Source: Owenweeksia sp.
Lineage (GTDB): Bacteria; Bacteroidota; Bacteroidia; Flavobacteriales; Schleiferiaceae
Reading direction: 5' to 3'
Assembly: GCA_965214115.1 (NCBI GenBank)
Contig: CBDCAU010000008.1
Coordinates: forward strand, 156,347-220,346
Length of the DNA: 64,000 nucleotides
Under the pieces are notes generated by a model. It did not search any database, had not been told where the DNA came from, and worked only from the letters and a program-made list of their open reading frames with translations. Both the position numbers and the translations under genes were made by a program. The stretch's first letter is position 1. The number at the start of each line of letters is the position of its first letter. Shown one piece after another: positions 1-10,480 of the stretch.

Positions 1-227
1 GACATATCGATAGCCCAATACGTGAGGGTGGGGTCGGCGGCACGACCTCGCGTCAACCGAGTGCCAAAGGCACGGCACAGCATCCCACTCTTGCGAGATA
101 ACACAAAACCATAAACCACCCTTATATAGAATAATCTTGGCTCTCAAATTGTTATGCAATTTCTATCTTCGATTTCCGTGCGCGTTTCTTAATCGTAATT
201 CGTTAATTCCTCATAAATCCCAACAAA

Positions 228-1865
228 ATGAAAATCCCAACCGCTGGTGCGCGACTGTGTCGCGTTCTTCAAATCACTTTCGCCATTCTGTTTTGCCTTT
301 CGGCAAATCTCACCTCCGCCCAAGACCCCATCCCCGTCCCCTCGGAAATCGATAAAGTGACCGTCTTCCAAAACGGGGCGCAAATCACCCGCACGGCGCG
401 GGTTTCCGTGCCAGCGGGCAATGCCACTTTGCTCTTCAAAAACATCACGCAGGCGATGGACGCGAACAGCATCCAACTGGAAGGGCGCGGCAACTTGACC
501 ATCCTCAGCATTTCTCAAAAGCGCAACTTTCTCGACCCCGAAGACAAGAGTGAAACGATGGTGCAACTGGAAACGGATTTGGAAAAAATCCAAATAGAAA
601 TCGACCAAAACCAAGCGAAACAGGACGCGCTGAAATCGGAAAAAGAAATGATTTTGGCGAACAAAGACATCGGCGGGAAGGAAGGTTTTTCGCTGGCGCA
701 ATTGCAGCAAACGGCGGATTTTTTTCGGAAACGCTTGGAAGAAATCGGTTTCCAAATGATTGATTTGCAGCAAAAACGAAAAGATTTGGAAGAGCGGAAA
801 CGCAAAATCCAAAGCCAACTGGGGCAGGAGCGGCAGGCGTTCTCGCAAAAAACCAGCGTGGTGGAAGTGAAAGTGGAAGCGGCCGCCGCGACCACCGCCA
901 ACTTTGAACTGACCTATCTGGTGAGCGGCGCGGGCTGGCAAAGCACTTACGACGCGCGGGTGACGGATTTGAACAGCCCCGTGCAACTGACCCAAAAAGC
1001 GCGCATCATCCAACAGACGGGCGAGGACTGGAAAAACGTCGATTTGACATTGAGCACCGGCAATCCCGCGCGGGGCGGGCAGGTGCCATATATGAATACT
1101 TGGTACGTGGATTTTGCGCCGGAACTTTATGGCTATCAAAATATTCCAAAGACGAAACGAGAATCAATGACAAGGAATGCTGATGCGATGATGATGGAAG
1201 CCGACGAGGAAGCTGGTGCGCCCGCCCTCGGCAACCAACAATTCCAAGTGAACGAAAACCTCATCGCCGAGGAATACACCATCGAGCGCAGGCAAACCAT
1301 CCTGAGCAGCGGCAGCCCCGAAACGGTGCAACTGCGCGAGCTGGACTTGCCCGCCCAATATCAATACCACATCAAACCGCGCTTGGACAAAGACGCTTTT
1401 CTGATTGCTAAAATTTATAATTGGGATGAATTCAATTTGATTCAAGGCGAACTGTCGCTGTTCAACGGCGCCACTTACGTGGGAAAAAGTTTCTTGAACA
1501 CGCAGAACCCCGACGACACTTTGCAGCTTTCGATGGGCCGTGACCAAGGGATCGTAGTGACGCGCAACCGCGTGCGCAGCAAGGAGGAAAAGAGTTTCCT
1601 CGGCGGCAAAAAGACGGAGCTTTTCACTTGGAAAATCGAGGTGCGCAACACCAAAAGCACGGCGGTGGAGGTGCTGTTGAAAGAACCGGTTCCTGTTTCC
1701 CGCAACGAGGACATTGAAGTGGAAGTGGAGGAACTTTCCGGCGGAAAACTGGAGCCGAAAAGCGGGATTGTGAAATGGGAGTTTGAATTGGCGGCGGGCG
1801 CGAAAAAGGCGTTTGTGGTTTCGTATGAGATTGAGTGGCCGAAGGGGAGGCGGGTGAATTTTTAA
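228..1865 (+). CDS. DUF4140/DUF4139 (TIGR02231, MuiA-like) secreted protein
   Basis: Signal peptide; EIDKVTVFQNGAQITR start, coiled-coil middle, QQTGEDWKNVDLTLSTG and C-terminal W.FEL motifs typical of this family. Confidence 0.85.
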   Translation: MKIPTAGARLCRVLQITFAILFCLSANLTSAQDPIPVPSEIDKVTVFQNGAQITRTARVSVPAGNATLLFKNITQAMDANSIQLEGRGNLTILSISQKRNFLDPEDKSETMVQLETDLEKIQIEIDQNQAKQDALKSEKEMILANKDIGGKEGFSLAQLQQTADFFRKRLEEIGFQMIDLQQKRKDLEERKRKIQSQLGQERQAFSQKTSVVEVKVEAAAATTANFELTYLVSGAGWQSTYDARVTDLNSPVQLTQKARIIQQTGEDWKNVDLTLSTGNPARGGQVPYMNTWYVDFAPELYGYQNIPKTKRESMTRNADAMMMEADEEAGAPALGNQQFQVNENLIAEEYTIERRQTILSSGSPETVQLRELDLPAQYQYHIKPRLDKDAFLIAKIYNWDEFNLIQGELSLFNGATYVGKSFLNTQNPDDTLQLSMGRDQGIVVTRNRVRSKEEKSFLGGKKTELFTWKIEVRNTKSTAVEVLLKEPVPVSRNEDIEVEVEELSGGKLEPKSGIVKWEFELAAGAKKAFVVSYEIEWPKGRRVNF

Positions 1866-1920
1866 GCCCCCTCAATCCCCCACCGTGTGCCGTATCGGCA
1901 ACGATGCACGGCAAAGGGGG
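1866..1920. repeat. Composite REP-like palindrome (CCCCC..AAAGGGGG hairpin containing CCGTG..CACGG)
   Basis: Near-identical inverted copy at 5418-5470. Confidence 0.8.
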
Positions 1921-1950
1921 AAGAATGGGAACCTGTCTGCCGACAGGCAG

Positions 1951-2132
1951 ACACGGATTTGACGGATGCGGCGGATTTTCACAGATAATAAGAAAGGTTT
2001 TTTACACGCAGATAACACAGATTTCGCAGATTTTTATGCGAATTAGTTTTTGTTTTTCATCTGCGGAATCTGCAAAATCTGCGTACCTAAAAAATCCGTC
2101 ATAATCTGCTCTATCCGCGTCATCCGCGTTCC
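1951..2132. repeat. REP-like cluster of (GCGGAT/GCAGAT)n ... (ATCTGC/ATCCGC)n inverted repeats
   Basis: Same family at 2830-2922 and 4511-4592; intergenic. Confidence 0.8.
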
Positions 2133-2175
2133 CATAACCCAACGATTCCCCGCTTAGCCCCGTGTACTCTACCAA

Positions 2176-2817
2176 ATGAGCACATTCCAGAAAATCTACA
2201 AAATCGTCATCCTCCTTTTGTTTTTGATTGTCAGTTTGCTGGCATCGGCGCAAAATCAACCCACCGAAAACCAATCGGCCTTTCTTCTGAAAACCTATCC
2301 CATCCGCTACATCTATGGCGTGAACGGCGAAGCGACTTTTCTTTTCAAAAACGGCCATCAAGTCTCCGGAATGTACCAGCACCACGACCGCGACTTTTTC
2401 TCCATCCGTGGCCGAGGCGACGTGCTGGGCTTCGGCGCCATCCCCACTTTGCTGCCCGCCAATGGGTTTACGCTTTACCTTTCGTATGAATTTCCGATTG
2501 GCGACGAACTTTTTTGGTGGGGCCCAAAACTGGGGGGCAAATTCATCCGAGGGCGGGATAATGATTTTGAAAACAGCGATGGCGAAATTAACGTCGCACG
2601 CGTAGAACAGCAGAACGGCTACCTGCTGGCTCAGATTTCGGTACGCAATCAAAACAAAGGTTTCATCATAGAAGGCTACGCCCACGCGGGGATTGTTCAA
2701 ATCGAAAAGGACGAGATTTTTCTCAACCCAGATGGCTCGCTGGATTATGACCCCGACCCGCAAAGTTTGTGGCTGCCGCACATTTTGGTGGGATTTTCAA
2801 TCGGTTTTGGGATTTAG
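2176..2817 (+). CDS. Hypothetical outer-membrane beta-barrel protein (DUF3575-like)
   Basis: Signal peptide, alternating beta-strand pattern, C-terminal GFSIGFGI. Confidence 0.6.
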   Translation: MSTFQKIYKIVILLLFLIVSLLASAQNQPTENQSAFLLKTYPIRYIYGVNGEATFLFKNGHQVSGMYQHHDRDFFSIRGRGDVLGFGAIPTLLPANGFTLYLSYEFPIGDELFWWGPKLGGKFIRGRDNDFENSDGEINVARVEQQNGYLLAQISVRNQNKGFIIEGYAHAGIVQIEKDEIFLNPDGSLDYDPDPQSLWLPHILVGFSIGFGI

Positions 2818-2829
2818 CGCGAGATGGGA

Positions 2830-2922
2830 ACGCGGATTTAGCGGATACGGCGGATTAAGGCGGATAAGCAAATTTTATTGAAAATCCGTAAGAATCAGCT
2901 TAATCTGCGTCATCCGCGTTCC
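2830..2922. repeat. REP-like inverted-repeat doublet (ACGCGGAT...ATCCGCGT)
   Basis: Inverted repeats visible in the intergenic region. Confidence 0.75.
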
Positions 2923-2929
2923 TATCTTC

Positions 2930-2937
2930 TACCTTCG
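2930..2937 (+). promoter_or_regulatory. Probable Bacteroidota -7 promoter element (TACCTTCG)
   Basis: One mismatch to TAnnTTTG, about 25 nt upstream of the ATG at 2962. Confidence 0.5.
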
Positions 2938-2961
2938 CGCCTCGAAAAAATTCCCCCAAAA

Positions 2962-4503
2962 ATGAGCGATTTCAACATTCAAAATATTCTCAAAGAACTC
3001 AATGTAGAAGCCACCAACCACGGCACTTCCACCGGCCAAAAATCCTTTGGCGAGGGCGAGGTCATCGAAAGTTTTTCGCCTGTCGATGCGCATCTGATTG
3101 GCAAAGTTTCCACCACCACCAAAGACGAATACGAAAAAGTCATCGCGGCCGCGCAAGCGGCGTTCAAAAAATGGCGGATGATGCCCGCTCCACAACGTGG
3201 GGAAATCGTGCGGCAGTTTGGTTTGAAATTGCGGGAGAAAAAAGATGCGCTCGGCAAACTGGTTTCTTACGAAATGGGAAAATCGCTGCAAGAAGGCTGG
3301 GGCGAAGTGCAGGAAATGATTGACATCTGCGATTTTGCGGTGGGATTGAGCCGCCAGCTCTACGGCAAAACGATGCCCTCCGAACGCCCACTCCACCGGA
3401 TGTTCGAGCAGTGGCACCCGCTGGGGATTGTGGGGATTATTTCGGCCTTCAATTTCCCCGTGGCCGTTTGGGCGTGGAACACCGCCATCGCTTGGGTGTG
3501 CGGCGATGTGTGCGTTTGGAAACCTTCCGAAAAAACGCCGATGTGCGGCATCGCTTGCCAGCAGATTTTTGCTGAGGTTTTAAAAGAAAACGATTTGCCG
3601 GAAGGCATCTGCGGCCTGATAAACGGCGGCGCGGAAGTGGGCGAATGGCTCAGCAATGATGAGCGACTCCCGCTGATTTCCGCCACCGGCAGCACACGGA
3701 TGGGCCAAAAAGTGGGCACGGCCGTGGCGCGCCGCTTGGGCAAAACTATCCTCGAGCTGGGCGGCAACAACGCCATCATCATCACCGAAAACGCGGATTT
3801 GGACGCCACTTTGGTGGGCGCGGTTTTCGGCGCGGTGGGTACGGCCGGCCAGCGCTGCACCAGCACCCGCCGTCTTATCATCCACGAAAGTATTTACGAT
3901 TCTGTAAAAGAAAAATTGAAAAATGCCTACGACCAGTTGAAAATCGGCGACCCCTTGGATACGTCGAATCACGTCGGGCCGCTCATCGACACATTGGCGG
4001 TGGAAATGTACGAACACGCGCTGGGCAAAATCGCCAAGGAAGGCGGGCAGATGCTAGTGGACGGCGGCCGTTTGGAGGGCGACGATTACATCAGCGGTTG
4101 CTATGTAAAACCCTGCATCGCCGAGGTGGAAAACGATTATCAGATTGTTTGCACGGAGACGTTCGCGCCGATTTTATATTTGATAAAATACAAAGATTTG
4201 GACGAAGCCATCGAAATGCAAAACGCTGTTCCACAGGGACTTTCATCGGCGATAATGACCACCAATCTCCGCGAAAGCGAAAAATTCCTGAGCGCGGCGG
4301 GCAGCGACTGCGGCATTGCCAACGTGAACATCGGCACCAGCGGCGCGGAAATCGGCGGGGCCTTTGGCGGCGAAAAAGAAACCGGCGGCGGCCGCGAAAG
4401 TGGCTCCGACGCTTGGAAAGCGTATATGCGGCGGCAGACGAACACCGTGAATTACAACACGAAATTGCCGCTGGCGCAGGGGATTGAGTTTAATTTGGGA
4501 TAA
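2962..4503 (+). CDS. Aldehyde dehydrogenase family 7 (L-piperideine-6-carboxylate dehydrogenase-like)
   Basis: SAFNFPVAV, LELGGNNA, catalytic Cys in GQRCT, ETFAPIL. Start moved to ATG 2962 because the upstream extension reads through a repeat. Confidence 0.9.
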   Translation: MSDFNIQNILKELNVEATNHGTSTGQKSFGEGEVIESFSPVDAHLIGKVSTTTKDEYEKVIAAAQAAFKKWRMMPAPQRGEIVRQFGLKLREKKDALGKLVSYEMGKSLQEGWGEVQEMIDICDFAVGLSRQLYGKTMPSERPLHRMFEQWHPLGIVGIISAFNFPVAVWAWNTAIAWVCGDVCVWKPSEKTPMCGIACQQIFAEVLKENDLPEGICGLINGGAEVGEWLSNDERLPLISATGSTRMGQKVGTAVARRLGKTILELGGNNAIIITENADLDATLVGAVFGAVGTAGQRCTSTRRLIIHESIYDSVKEKLKNAYDQLKIGDPLDTSNHVGPLIDTLAVEMYEHALGKIAKEGGQMLVDGGRLEGDDYISGCYVKPCIAEVENDYQIVCTETFAPILYLIKYKDLDEAIEMQNAVPQGLSSAIMTTNLRESEKFLSAAGSDCGIANVNIGTSGAEIGGAFGGEKETGGGRESGSDAWKAYMRRQTNTVNYNTKLPLAQGIEFNLG

Positions 4504-4510
4504 TTTTAGG

Positions 4511-4592
4511 CGCGCAGATTTCGCAAATTCCGCAGATTCTTTAATCTCAAAACGGACTGGTTTTTTATCTGCGAAATCCGCGAAATCTGCGT
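4511..4592. repeat. REP-like inverted-repeat doublet (GCAGATTTCGC...GCGAAATCTGC)
   Basis: Inverted repeats in the intergenic region. Confidence 0.75.
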
Positions 4593-4622
4593 GAGAAAAA
4601 AGCCTGAAATCCGCGCGAAAAA

Positions 4623-5357
4623 ATGCACCACCACAGACACGAAGCCCGCATCCACGGCAGCAAATACCCGCTCATCAACCGTTTCCAAGAATATTTGGGG
4701 GAGTTCGTTTATGGCGGGATTGACGGCAGCGTCACCACTTTTGCGGTGGTGGCCGGCGCGGCGGGGGCGGGTTTGGACAGCGCGGTGGTCATCATTTTGG
4801 GATTTGCCAATCTGATTGCCGATGGCTTTGCGATGAGCGTGGGCAGCTACCTTTCCACCAAATCCGAAAAAGAAAACTACGAAAAGCACAAGGCCGTGGA
4901 ATATTGGGAAGTGGACCACCTGCCCGAAAAGGAGCGCGAGGAAATCCGTGAGATTTACGCTGCCAAAGGCTTTGAGGGCGAAATGCTGGAAAAGGCCGTC
5001 GAAATCATCACCAAAGACAAAGACCGCTGGGTGGACGTGATGATGAAAGAAGAACTGGAAATGACCGAGGAAACGAAAAGCCCGATTGCGATGGGCGGCG
5101 TCACTTTTTTCAGTTTTTTACTTTTTGGATTCATTCCTTTACTGGTTTACGTTTTGGATTATTCGCTTTCGCTGGAGATGGATTTGTTTTTAATTTCATC
5201 CATAATGACGGCGGTCGTGTTTTGCATCATCGGATTTTTGAAAGCGATGGTCAATCAAACAAAAATTTTGAAAAGCATTTTGGAAACGCTTTTCCTCGGT
5301 GGGGCAGCGGCATTTCTCGCCTATTTTGTGGGAGATATTTTGGAGGGGATGTTTTAG
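4623..5357 (+). CDS. VIT1/CCC1 family metal (Fe/Mn) transporter
   Basis: [34 protein letters not shown]; five TM helices; His-rich N-terminus. Confidence 0.92.
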   Translation: MHHHRHEARIHGSKYPLINRFQEYLGEFVYGGIDGSVTTFAVVAGAAGAGLDSAVVIILGFANLIADGFAMSVGSYLSTKSEKENYEKHKAVEYWEVDHLPEKEREEIREIYAAKGFEGEMLEKAVEIITKDKDRWVDVMMKEELEMTEETKSPIAMGGVTFFSFLLFGFIPLLVYVLDYSLSLEMDLFLISSIMTAVVFCIIGFLKAMVNQTKILKSILETLFLGGAAAFLAYFVGDILEGMF

Positions 5358-5417
5358 GTCTTCTCTTTTCAAAATAGAATGTGATGTATGAACCTTTTGC
5401 GCAAAGTGTAGCTAAAG

Positions 5418-5470
5418 CCCCCTTTGCCGTGCATCGTTGCCGATTCGGCACACGGTGGGGGTTTGGGGGC
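5418..5470. repeat. Composite REP-like palindrome, inverted copy of 1866-1920
   Basis: Direct sequence comparison. Confidence 0.8.
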
Positions 5471-5507
5471 TTAATCATTCCGCCCCCTTTTCCGTTGTCT
5501 TATCCTT

Positions 5508-6974
5508 ATGAAAATCCTCCTCACCGGCGCCAACGGCTATATCGGGATGCGGCTCCTCCCAGTGCTCGTGGAGGCCGGCCACGACGTTGTATGCTGCGTC
5601 CGCTCGCAATCACGTTTTCCCGTCAAAAAATCATTGAAAGAGAAAGTCGAGGTTTTTGAAATCGACTTCCTGAAACCGGAGGAAGCCGAAAACCCGCCCA
5701 CCGATTTCGATGCCGCCTTTTATCTGATGCACTCGATGAGCGGCGGCGGCAATTTTGAAGAAAAGGAACAGAAAATGGCCGAAAATTTTGTCGGGTTTTT
5801 AGACAAAACTTCGTGCAGACAATTGGTGTATTTGAGTGGGATTGTCAATACCGACGAGCTTTCACAGCATCTTCGCTCGCGTTTAAAAACCGAAGAGATC
5901 CTCAAAAAAGCAAAGGCGAAACACACCGTTCTCCGCGCGGGAATCATCGTGGGAAGTGGAAGTGCAAGTTTTGAAATCATCCGCGATTTGGTGGAAAAAC
6001 TGCCGGTGATGATTACGCCGAAATGGCTCAATACCCAATGCCAGCCCATCGCCATTCGCAACGTTTTGCATTATCTGCGCGACGTTCTCGGCCACGAAAA
6101 ATGCCTCGATAAAATCTTCGACATCGGCGGGCCAGATGTTTTGACTTACAAAGAAATGCTCCTCCAATTTGCCGAGGTGCGCGGTTTCAAACGCTACATT
6201 TTCACCCTGCCGGTGATGACGCCGCGCCTCTCCAGCTACTGGTTGTTTTTCGTCACCAGCACCAGCTATCGGTTGGCGGTAAACCTCGTGAACAGTATGA
6301 AGGTGGACGTGGTGGCTGAGAAAACCGAAATCTTGGACATCCTCCCGATGGAATTGTTTTCTTATAAAAAAGCGGTGGAATTGGCCTTCCAAAAAATTGA
6401 GCAGAACGCGGTGGTCAGTTCGTGGAAAGACGCGATGAGCGGTAGCAAACTGGGCAGCTTGAGCGAGTTTGTGGAAGTGCCGCAGAACGGTGTTTTTATC
6501 GATAAAAAATCCCGCAAAATCAAAAATGATAAGGAGCAGGTCATTGAAAATATTTTCTCCATCGGCGGGCAGCGTGGCTGGTATTACGGCAGTTTTTTGT
6601 GGAAAATCCGAGGCTTTCTTGACCAAATGGTGGGCGGGCCGGGCCTGCGGCGGGGGCGCACCCACGGCTCGCACATTTTCGTGGGCGATTCGCTGGATTT
6701 TTGGCGCGTCATCGTGGCCGACCGCGAAGAGCCTCGCCTTTTGCTCTACGCCGAAATGCGCCTGCCGGGCGAGGCGTGGCTGGAATTCTGCATCGATGAA
6801 AGCGGCGAAACCCCTATCCTAAAACAGAAAGCGGTATTCCGACCGCGCGGCATTTTAGGGCGATTGTACTGGTGGTCGGTGCTGCCGTTCCATTATTTCG
6901 TTTTCAATGGAATGATTACGAATATCAAGAAATTTCGGCCGGAACGGGCTGGCCGGAGCGTTGCCCACGGTTGA
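5508..6974 (+). CDS. Atypical SDR oxidoreductase with DUF2867 (YbjT-like)
   Basis: TGANGYIG Rossmann motif, GSGSASFE, C-terminal EMRLPGEAWLEF. The stop codon lies inside a REP. Confidence 0.9.
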   Translation: MKILLTGANGYIGMRLLPVLVEAGHDVVCCVRSQSRFPVKKSLKEKVEVFEIDFLKPEEAENPPTDFDAAFYLMHSMSGGGNFEEKEQKMAENFVGFLDKTSCRQLVYLSGIVNTDELSQHLRSRLKTEEILKKAKAKHTVLRAGIIVGSGSASFEIIRDLVEKLPVMITPKWLNTQCQPIAIRNVLHYLRDVLGHEKCLDKIFDIGGPDVLTYKEMLLQFAEVRGFKRYIFTLPVMTPRLSSYWLFFVTSTSYRLAVNLVNSMKVDVVAEKTEILDILPMELFSYKKAVELAFQKIEQNAVVSSWKDAMSGSKLGSLSEFVEVPQNGVFIDKKSRKIKNDKEQVIENIFSIGGQRGWYYGSFLWKIRGFLDQMVGGPGLRRGRTHGSHIFVGDSLDFWRVIVADREEPRLLLYAEMRLPGEAWLEFCIDESGETPILKQKAVFRPRGILGRLYWWSVLPFHYFVFNGMITNIKKFRPERAGRSVAHG

Positions 6975-7078
6975 AACCGTGGGTTGTGGCGGGGTTTTCT
7001 GACCGATGGTTTTTAGTGTCGCCCACGGTTGAACCGTGGTTTGAGACCAGCACCCCAACCGACGGTTTCAACCGTTGG
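6964..7078. repeat. REP cluster (CCCACGGTTGAAACCGTGGG family), 3 units
   Basis: Palindromes at 6964-6983, 7022-7039 and 7055-7078; same family at 9581-9648. Confidence 0.85.
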
Positions 7079-7196
7079 CTCTTTAAAGGCCAAAACCCAA
7101 ACAGACATTAAAAAATAAAAAAATTAAGGTTTATAAAATTTCCATTCTTTTTTTTGAGGTCTGAAATCCATCAAACATCAAAAAATCCGATTTTTA

Positions 7197-8326
7197 ATGT
7201 CTGTAGAATTCTATCAAATAAACTCCGACCGGAACACGCCGTGGAATGATTTGCCGCCCTTGCCCATCAGGGACGAACTTTATCGAACTGTTGAAATCAT
7301 TGAAAAACTGGGGGCGCCAAAGCGGCTTTGGCCCGCTTGCAGGGGCGCAGCGCGGTGATTCCCAACCAAGGTTTGCTGATCAACACCATCAGCCTGCAAG
7401 AGGGGAAAACCTCCAGCGAAATCGAGAATATCTTTACCACGGACGATGAGCTTTACAAAGCGTTCAGCGACAAAAAAACCGAAGCTACGGGCGCTCCCAA
7501 AGAGGTGTTGCGCTACCGCGAAGCCCTTTGGTCGGGGTTTCATTATTTGGAGGAGAAGGGCACGTTTGACCCCCGTTATTTTGTGCGTGTATTTCAAGAA
7601 GTAAAGCAGACGAAGGACGGCATCCGGCCGGTTTTTTCTAAAACCACCATCAAGCAGGGCGGCACGAGGCCCAATACCGGCCAAGTGGTTTACACCCCGC
7701 CGAAAGGCCCAAAATTGATAGAAGAAAAATTAGAAAACCTGACCGCTTTTTTAAACGATGATGAGCAATTCAACATTGACCCTTTGCTGAAAATGGCGAT
7801 GGCGCATTATCAGTTTGAAGCCATCCATCCCTTTCGCGATGGTAACGGGCGGACGGGCAGGATTTTCAATATCAATTACCTCACGCACAAAAATTTGATA
7901 GACGTTCCCATCCTTTTTTTGAGTAAATATATCCTCGATTTTAAGAATGATTATTATGCAGGATTGCGCGGCATTTCGCAAACGGGAAATTGGAAAGAAT
8001 GGCTACTTTTTATGATGCGGGCGGTGGAGAATACGTCCAACCTTACGTTTCAAAAAATCAACGATATCGTTTCGGCCAAAGATGCCATTTTGGAATATAT
8101 CAAAAATGACAAACGTAAATTCAAAAATCCCGAGCCTTTGATAGAAGCACTTTTTACCCAGCCTTTTACCAAAGTCAAACACTTGGTAGAAGCGGGGATG
8201 TATGCCGAGAATACCGCTCGCGATTATCTGAACCAATTGTGCGAAATGAGCATCCTTGAAAAAAAGGAAATGGAAGGGCATAATTATTATTTGAACCTCG
8301 AACTTTACCGGATTTTATCGGAATAA
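7197..8326 (+). pseudogene. Fic-domain protein (Fic_N + Fic + wHTH) with a 1-nt frameshift near 7310-7314
   Basis: Canonical HPFRDGNGRTGR motif. The N-terminus MSVEFYQINSDRNTPWNDLPPLP is in another frame and joins at a G5 run. Confidence 0.8.
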
Positions 8327-8623
8327 AGGAAGACGCTGCCAATCTTAATAAAAAACGGTAAACCCACTCATTGCGCATTTTCAGATATTCTTGCAGAAAG
8401 ATGGCTGTTTTTTCAGAATTGCAACACGCCATTGGCGTAGTGAACATAGAGCTGACCGCTCCTCTCAGTTTTACCCGAAATATGGGTTGCGTTGAAGCGC
8501 AGGGGGCGGGGGGAAATTTATTATTCCACAGCGCTAAAGCGACTGTGCAATTCTGTAATGCGCAACGAGTTAAACCCCACTATATTTACGCCCCTCAAAG
8601 CTAAATTCTAAACACAATTCCCA

Positions 8624-9580
8624 ATGATCGTCCGCCGGAATTTAGACCCCAAAGTTGTTTTTCTCTATACTTGGAAGCACCTGCTGTACTATCTGCTGTT
8701 GGCGCTGGCGGTTTATTTTATAGATGAGCATTTCAGCAGCGTGCGCGTCCACGTGCCGCCGGTCACCATCGCGGCCTTTAGCACGGCGCTGGCCATTTTT
8801 TTGGGATTCAATAACAACCAAGCCTATGACCGCTGGTGGGAAGCCCGCAAAATTTGGGGCCTGATGGTGAACTACAGCCGAGCGTGGGCGCGGCAGGCTT
8901 CCACTTTTTTGATGACCAAAGATGAGGCCGAACAACCCGAAGTGCGCCGCCTGCAGCAGCGGATGATTTATCGCCATTCCGCCTTCGTGCACGCCCTGCG
9001 GGTGTTTTTGCGAATTGACAATCACTACGATGCCGACCAATATGAATATATGAAACCCAAAAATGCCTACAATGATACCGAGCACTTGTTGACCGAAAAA
9101 GAGTTCCGCGTTTTTTGTCAAAAAGATAATCCGCCCAATTACTTGATTCAACTGCAGGGCGAAGATTTGCGGCGCGCCTACCAGCGCGGCTGGATCAGTG
9201 ATTTCCGCTATGTGCAGATGGACCAGACGCTGGTGGAATTCAACAACATCCAGGGCCGGAGCGAGCGTATCAAAAACACGCCGATGCCGCGGCCCTACAC
9301 CTATTTCTCGCGGATTTTCGTGTTCCTCCACGCCACCCTGCTGCCCTTTGCGTTTGTGGAGGGCCTCGGCCTTTTGATGGTGCCGGTATCGCTCGCCGTC
9401 TCGTTCGTTTTCCTCACCCTCGATTGGATAGGCCAGCGCACGCAAGACCCTTTCGACAAAAAAATCGACGACACGCCGCTGACCTCGCTGAGCGTGACCA
9501 TCGAACGCAACGTAAAGGAACAATGGGGCGACAAGGAACTGCCGGAAAACCCCGCGCCGGTGGAGGGGATCGTGTTTTAG
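8624..9580 (+). CDS. Bestrophin family ion channel (YneE-like)
   Basis: AYDRWWEARKIWG, ERIKNTP, DPF motifs. Confidence 0.9.
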   Translation: MIVRRNLDPKVVFLYTWKHLLYYLLLALAVYFIDEHFSSVRVHVPPVTIAAFSTALAIFLGFNNNQAYDRWWEARKIWGLMVNYSRAWARQASTFLMTKDEAEQPEVRRLQQRMIYRHSAFVHALRVFLRIDNHYDADQYEYMKPKNAYNDTEHLLTEKEFRVFCQKDNPPNYLIQLQGEDLRRAYQRGWISDFRYVQMDQTLVEFNNIQGRSERIKNTPMPRPYTYFSRIFVFLHATLLPFAFVEGLGLLMVPVSLAVSFVFLTLDWIGQRTQDPFDKKIDDTPLTSLSVTIERNVKEQWGDKELPENPAPVEGIVF

Positions 9581-9648
9581 AGATGCCGCAACCCACGGTC
9601 GAAACCGTGGGTTGCGGCATCTCCCGACCGACGGTTTCAACCGTCGGC
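9581..9648. repeat. REP doublet and probable bidirectional terminator
   Basis: 18-bp perfect stem AGATGCCGCAACCCACGG/CCGTGGGTTGCGGCATCT plus a second palindrome, between convergent genes. Confidence 0.85.
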
Positions 9649-9654
9649 AGCAAA

Positions 9655-10254
9655 CTAAAACTTACTCACAAATCGGCTTTTGTTCCAATAAAACCGCCAC
9701 GGCAATGCCGCATCTTCCTCTGCATAATCCACGCCGATGCGGGTGGTTTTTGTGATTTCCCTTTCGGGGATTTTCAGGTCAGAATGTTCTATCCAAATGA
9801 AGTCGCCGTCCAATTTTTCGCCGTAGTTTTTGGTGGTGATTCCCAGCGCCGCGCTCATATTTCCGGGCCCAGCGGTCAGTGTTTTATCGACTTTGGTTTT
9901 CCCTCGCCGTTCCAGCATTTTTTCGATGCCGTCCACGGGTTCAATCGCGCGGATTAAAATTGCGTCCGCCAGACCTTTTTCATTCGTCACGATATTAAAA
10001 AGATGATGAATCCCGTAACACAAATAAACATAAGCGCGGCCAGCGGGGCCGAACATAATTTCGGTGCGTTTGGTGCGGCGGTTCAGGTGGGCGTGGCAGG
10101 CTTTGTCCGTCAGGCCGCAGTAGGCTTCCGTTTCGGTGATGATGCCAGATGTCAAAATCCCACCGAAAAAAGTGCACAGTTTTTTACCGATCAAATCTTG
10201 CGCGAGGAAGACGACATCGGGATTTTTATAATAAGAAAGCGGGAGTTTTTTCAT
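9655..10254 (-). CDS. mpg: DNA-3-methyladenine glycosylase (MPG/AAG family)
   Basis: GIITETEAY, YVYLCYGIHH, LIRAIEP, GPG, TTRIGV, PWRF. Confidence 0.95.
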   Translation of the reverse strand: MKKLPLSYYKNPDVVFLAQDLIGKKLCTFFGGILTSGIITETEAYCGLTDKACHAHLNRRTKRTEIMFGPAGRAYVYLCYGIHHLFNIVTNEKGLADAILIRAIEPVDGIEKMLERRGKTKVDKTLTAGPGNMSAALGITTKNYGEKLDGDFIWIEHSDLKIPEREITKTTRIGVDYAEEDAALPWRFYWNKSRFVSKF

Positions 10255-10480
10255 TGGGAAAACCGAATGATATTTTTAAAATTAAGGATGTTTGTAGGAT
10301 AGCGTATTTACCGTTTCAATTTTTTTGGACAACGAAAAATTACCACCGCCGCTCGCTGACACGGCCTTTTGGCAAAATCATAGAAATGTTTTCCGCTTAT
10401 AATTTCCCGCCCGTTTTTCGTTTAAAAACGTTCAACGCGCGCAAATGTGGAAATTAGCGGCGGATTCCTAAAATTTCGGT

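Noticed and set aside
189-1139. Long antisense ORFs such as 189..1139, 8642..9640, 22763..23776 and 52982..53848
   Set aside because: Shadow frames of well-supported genes on the opposite strand, with no family motifs
2878-2961. N-terminal extension of the ALDH7 ORF
   Set aside because: It reads through a REP doublet and a promoter-like box; the family-like sequence starts at ATG 2962
8327-8623. Possible gene fragment or RNA between fic and the bestrophin gene
   Set aside because: No recognisable motif, clean reading frame or stable structure found by eye
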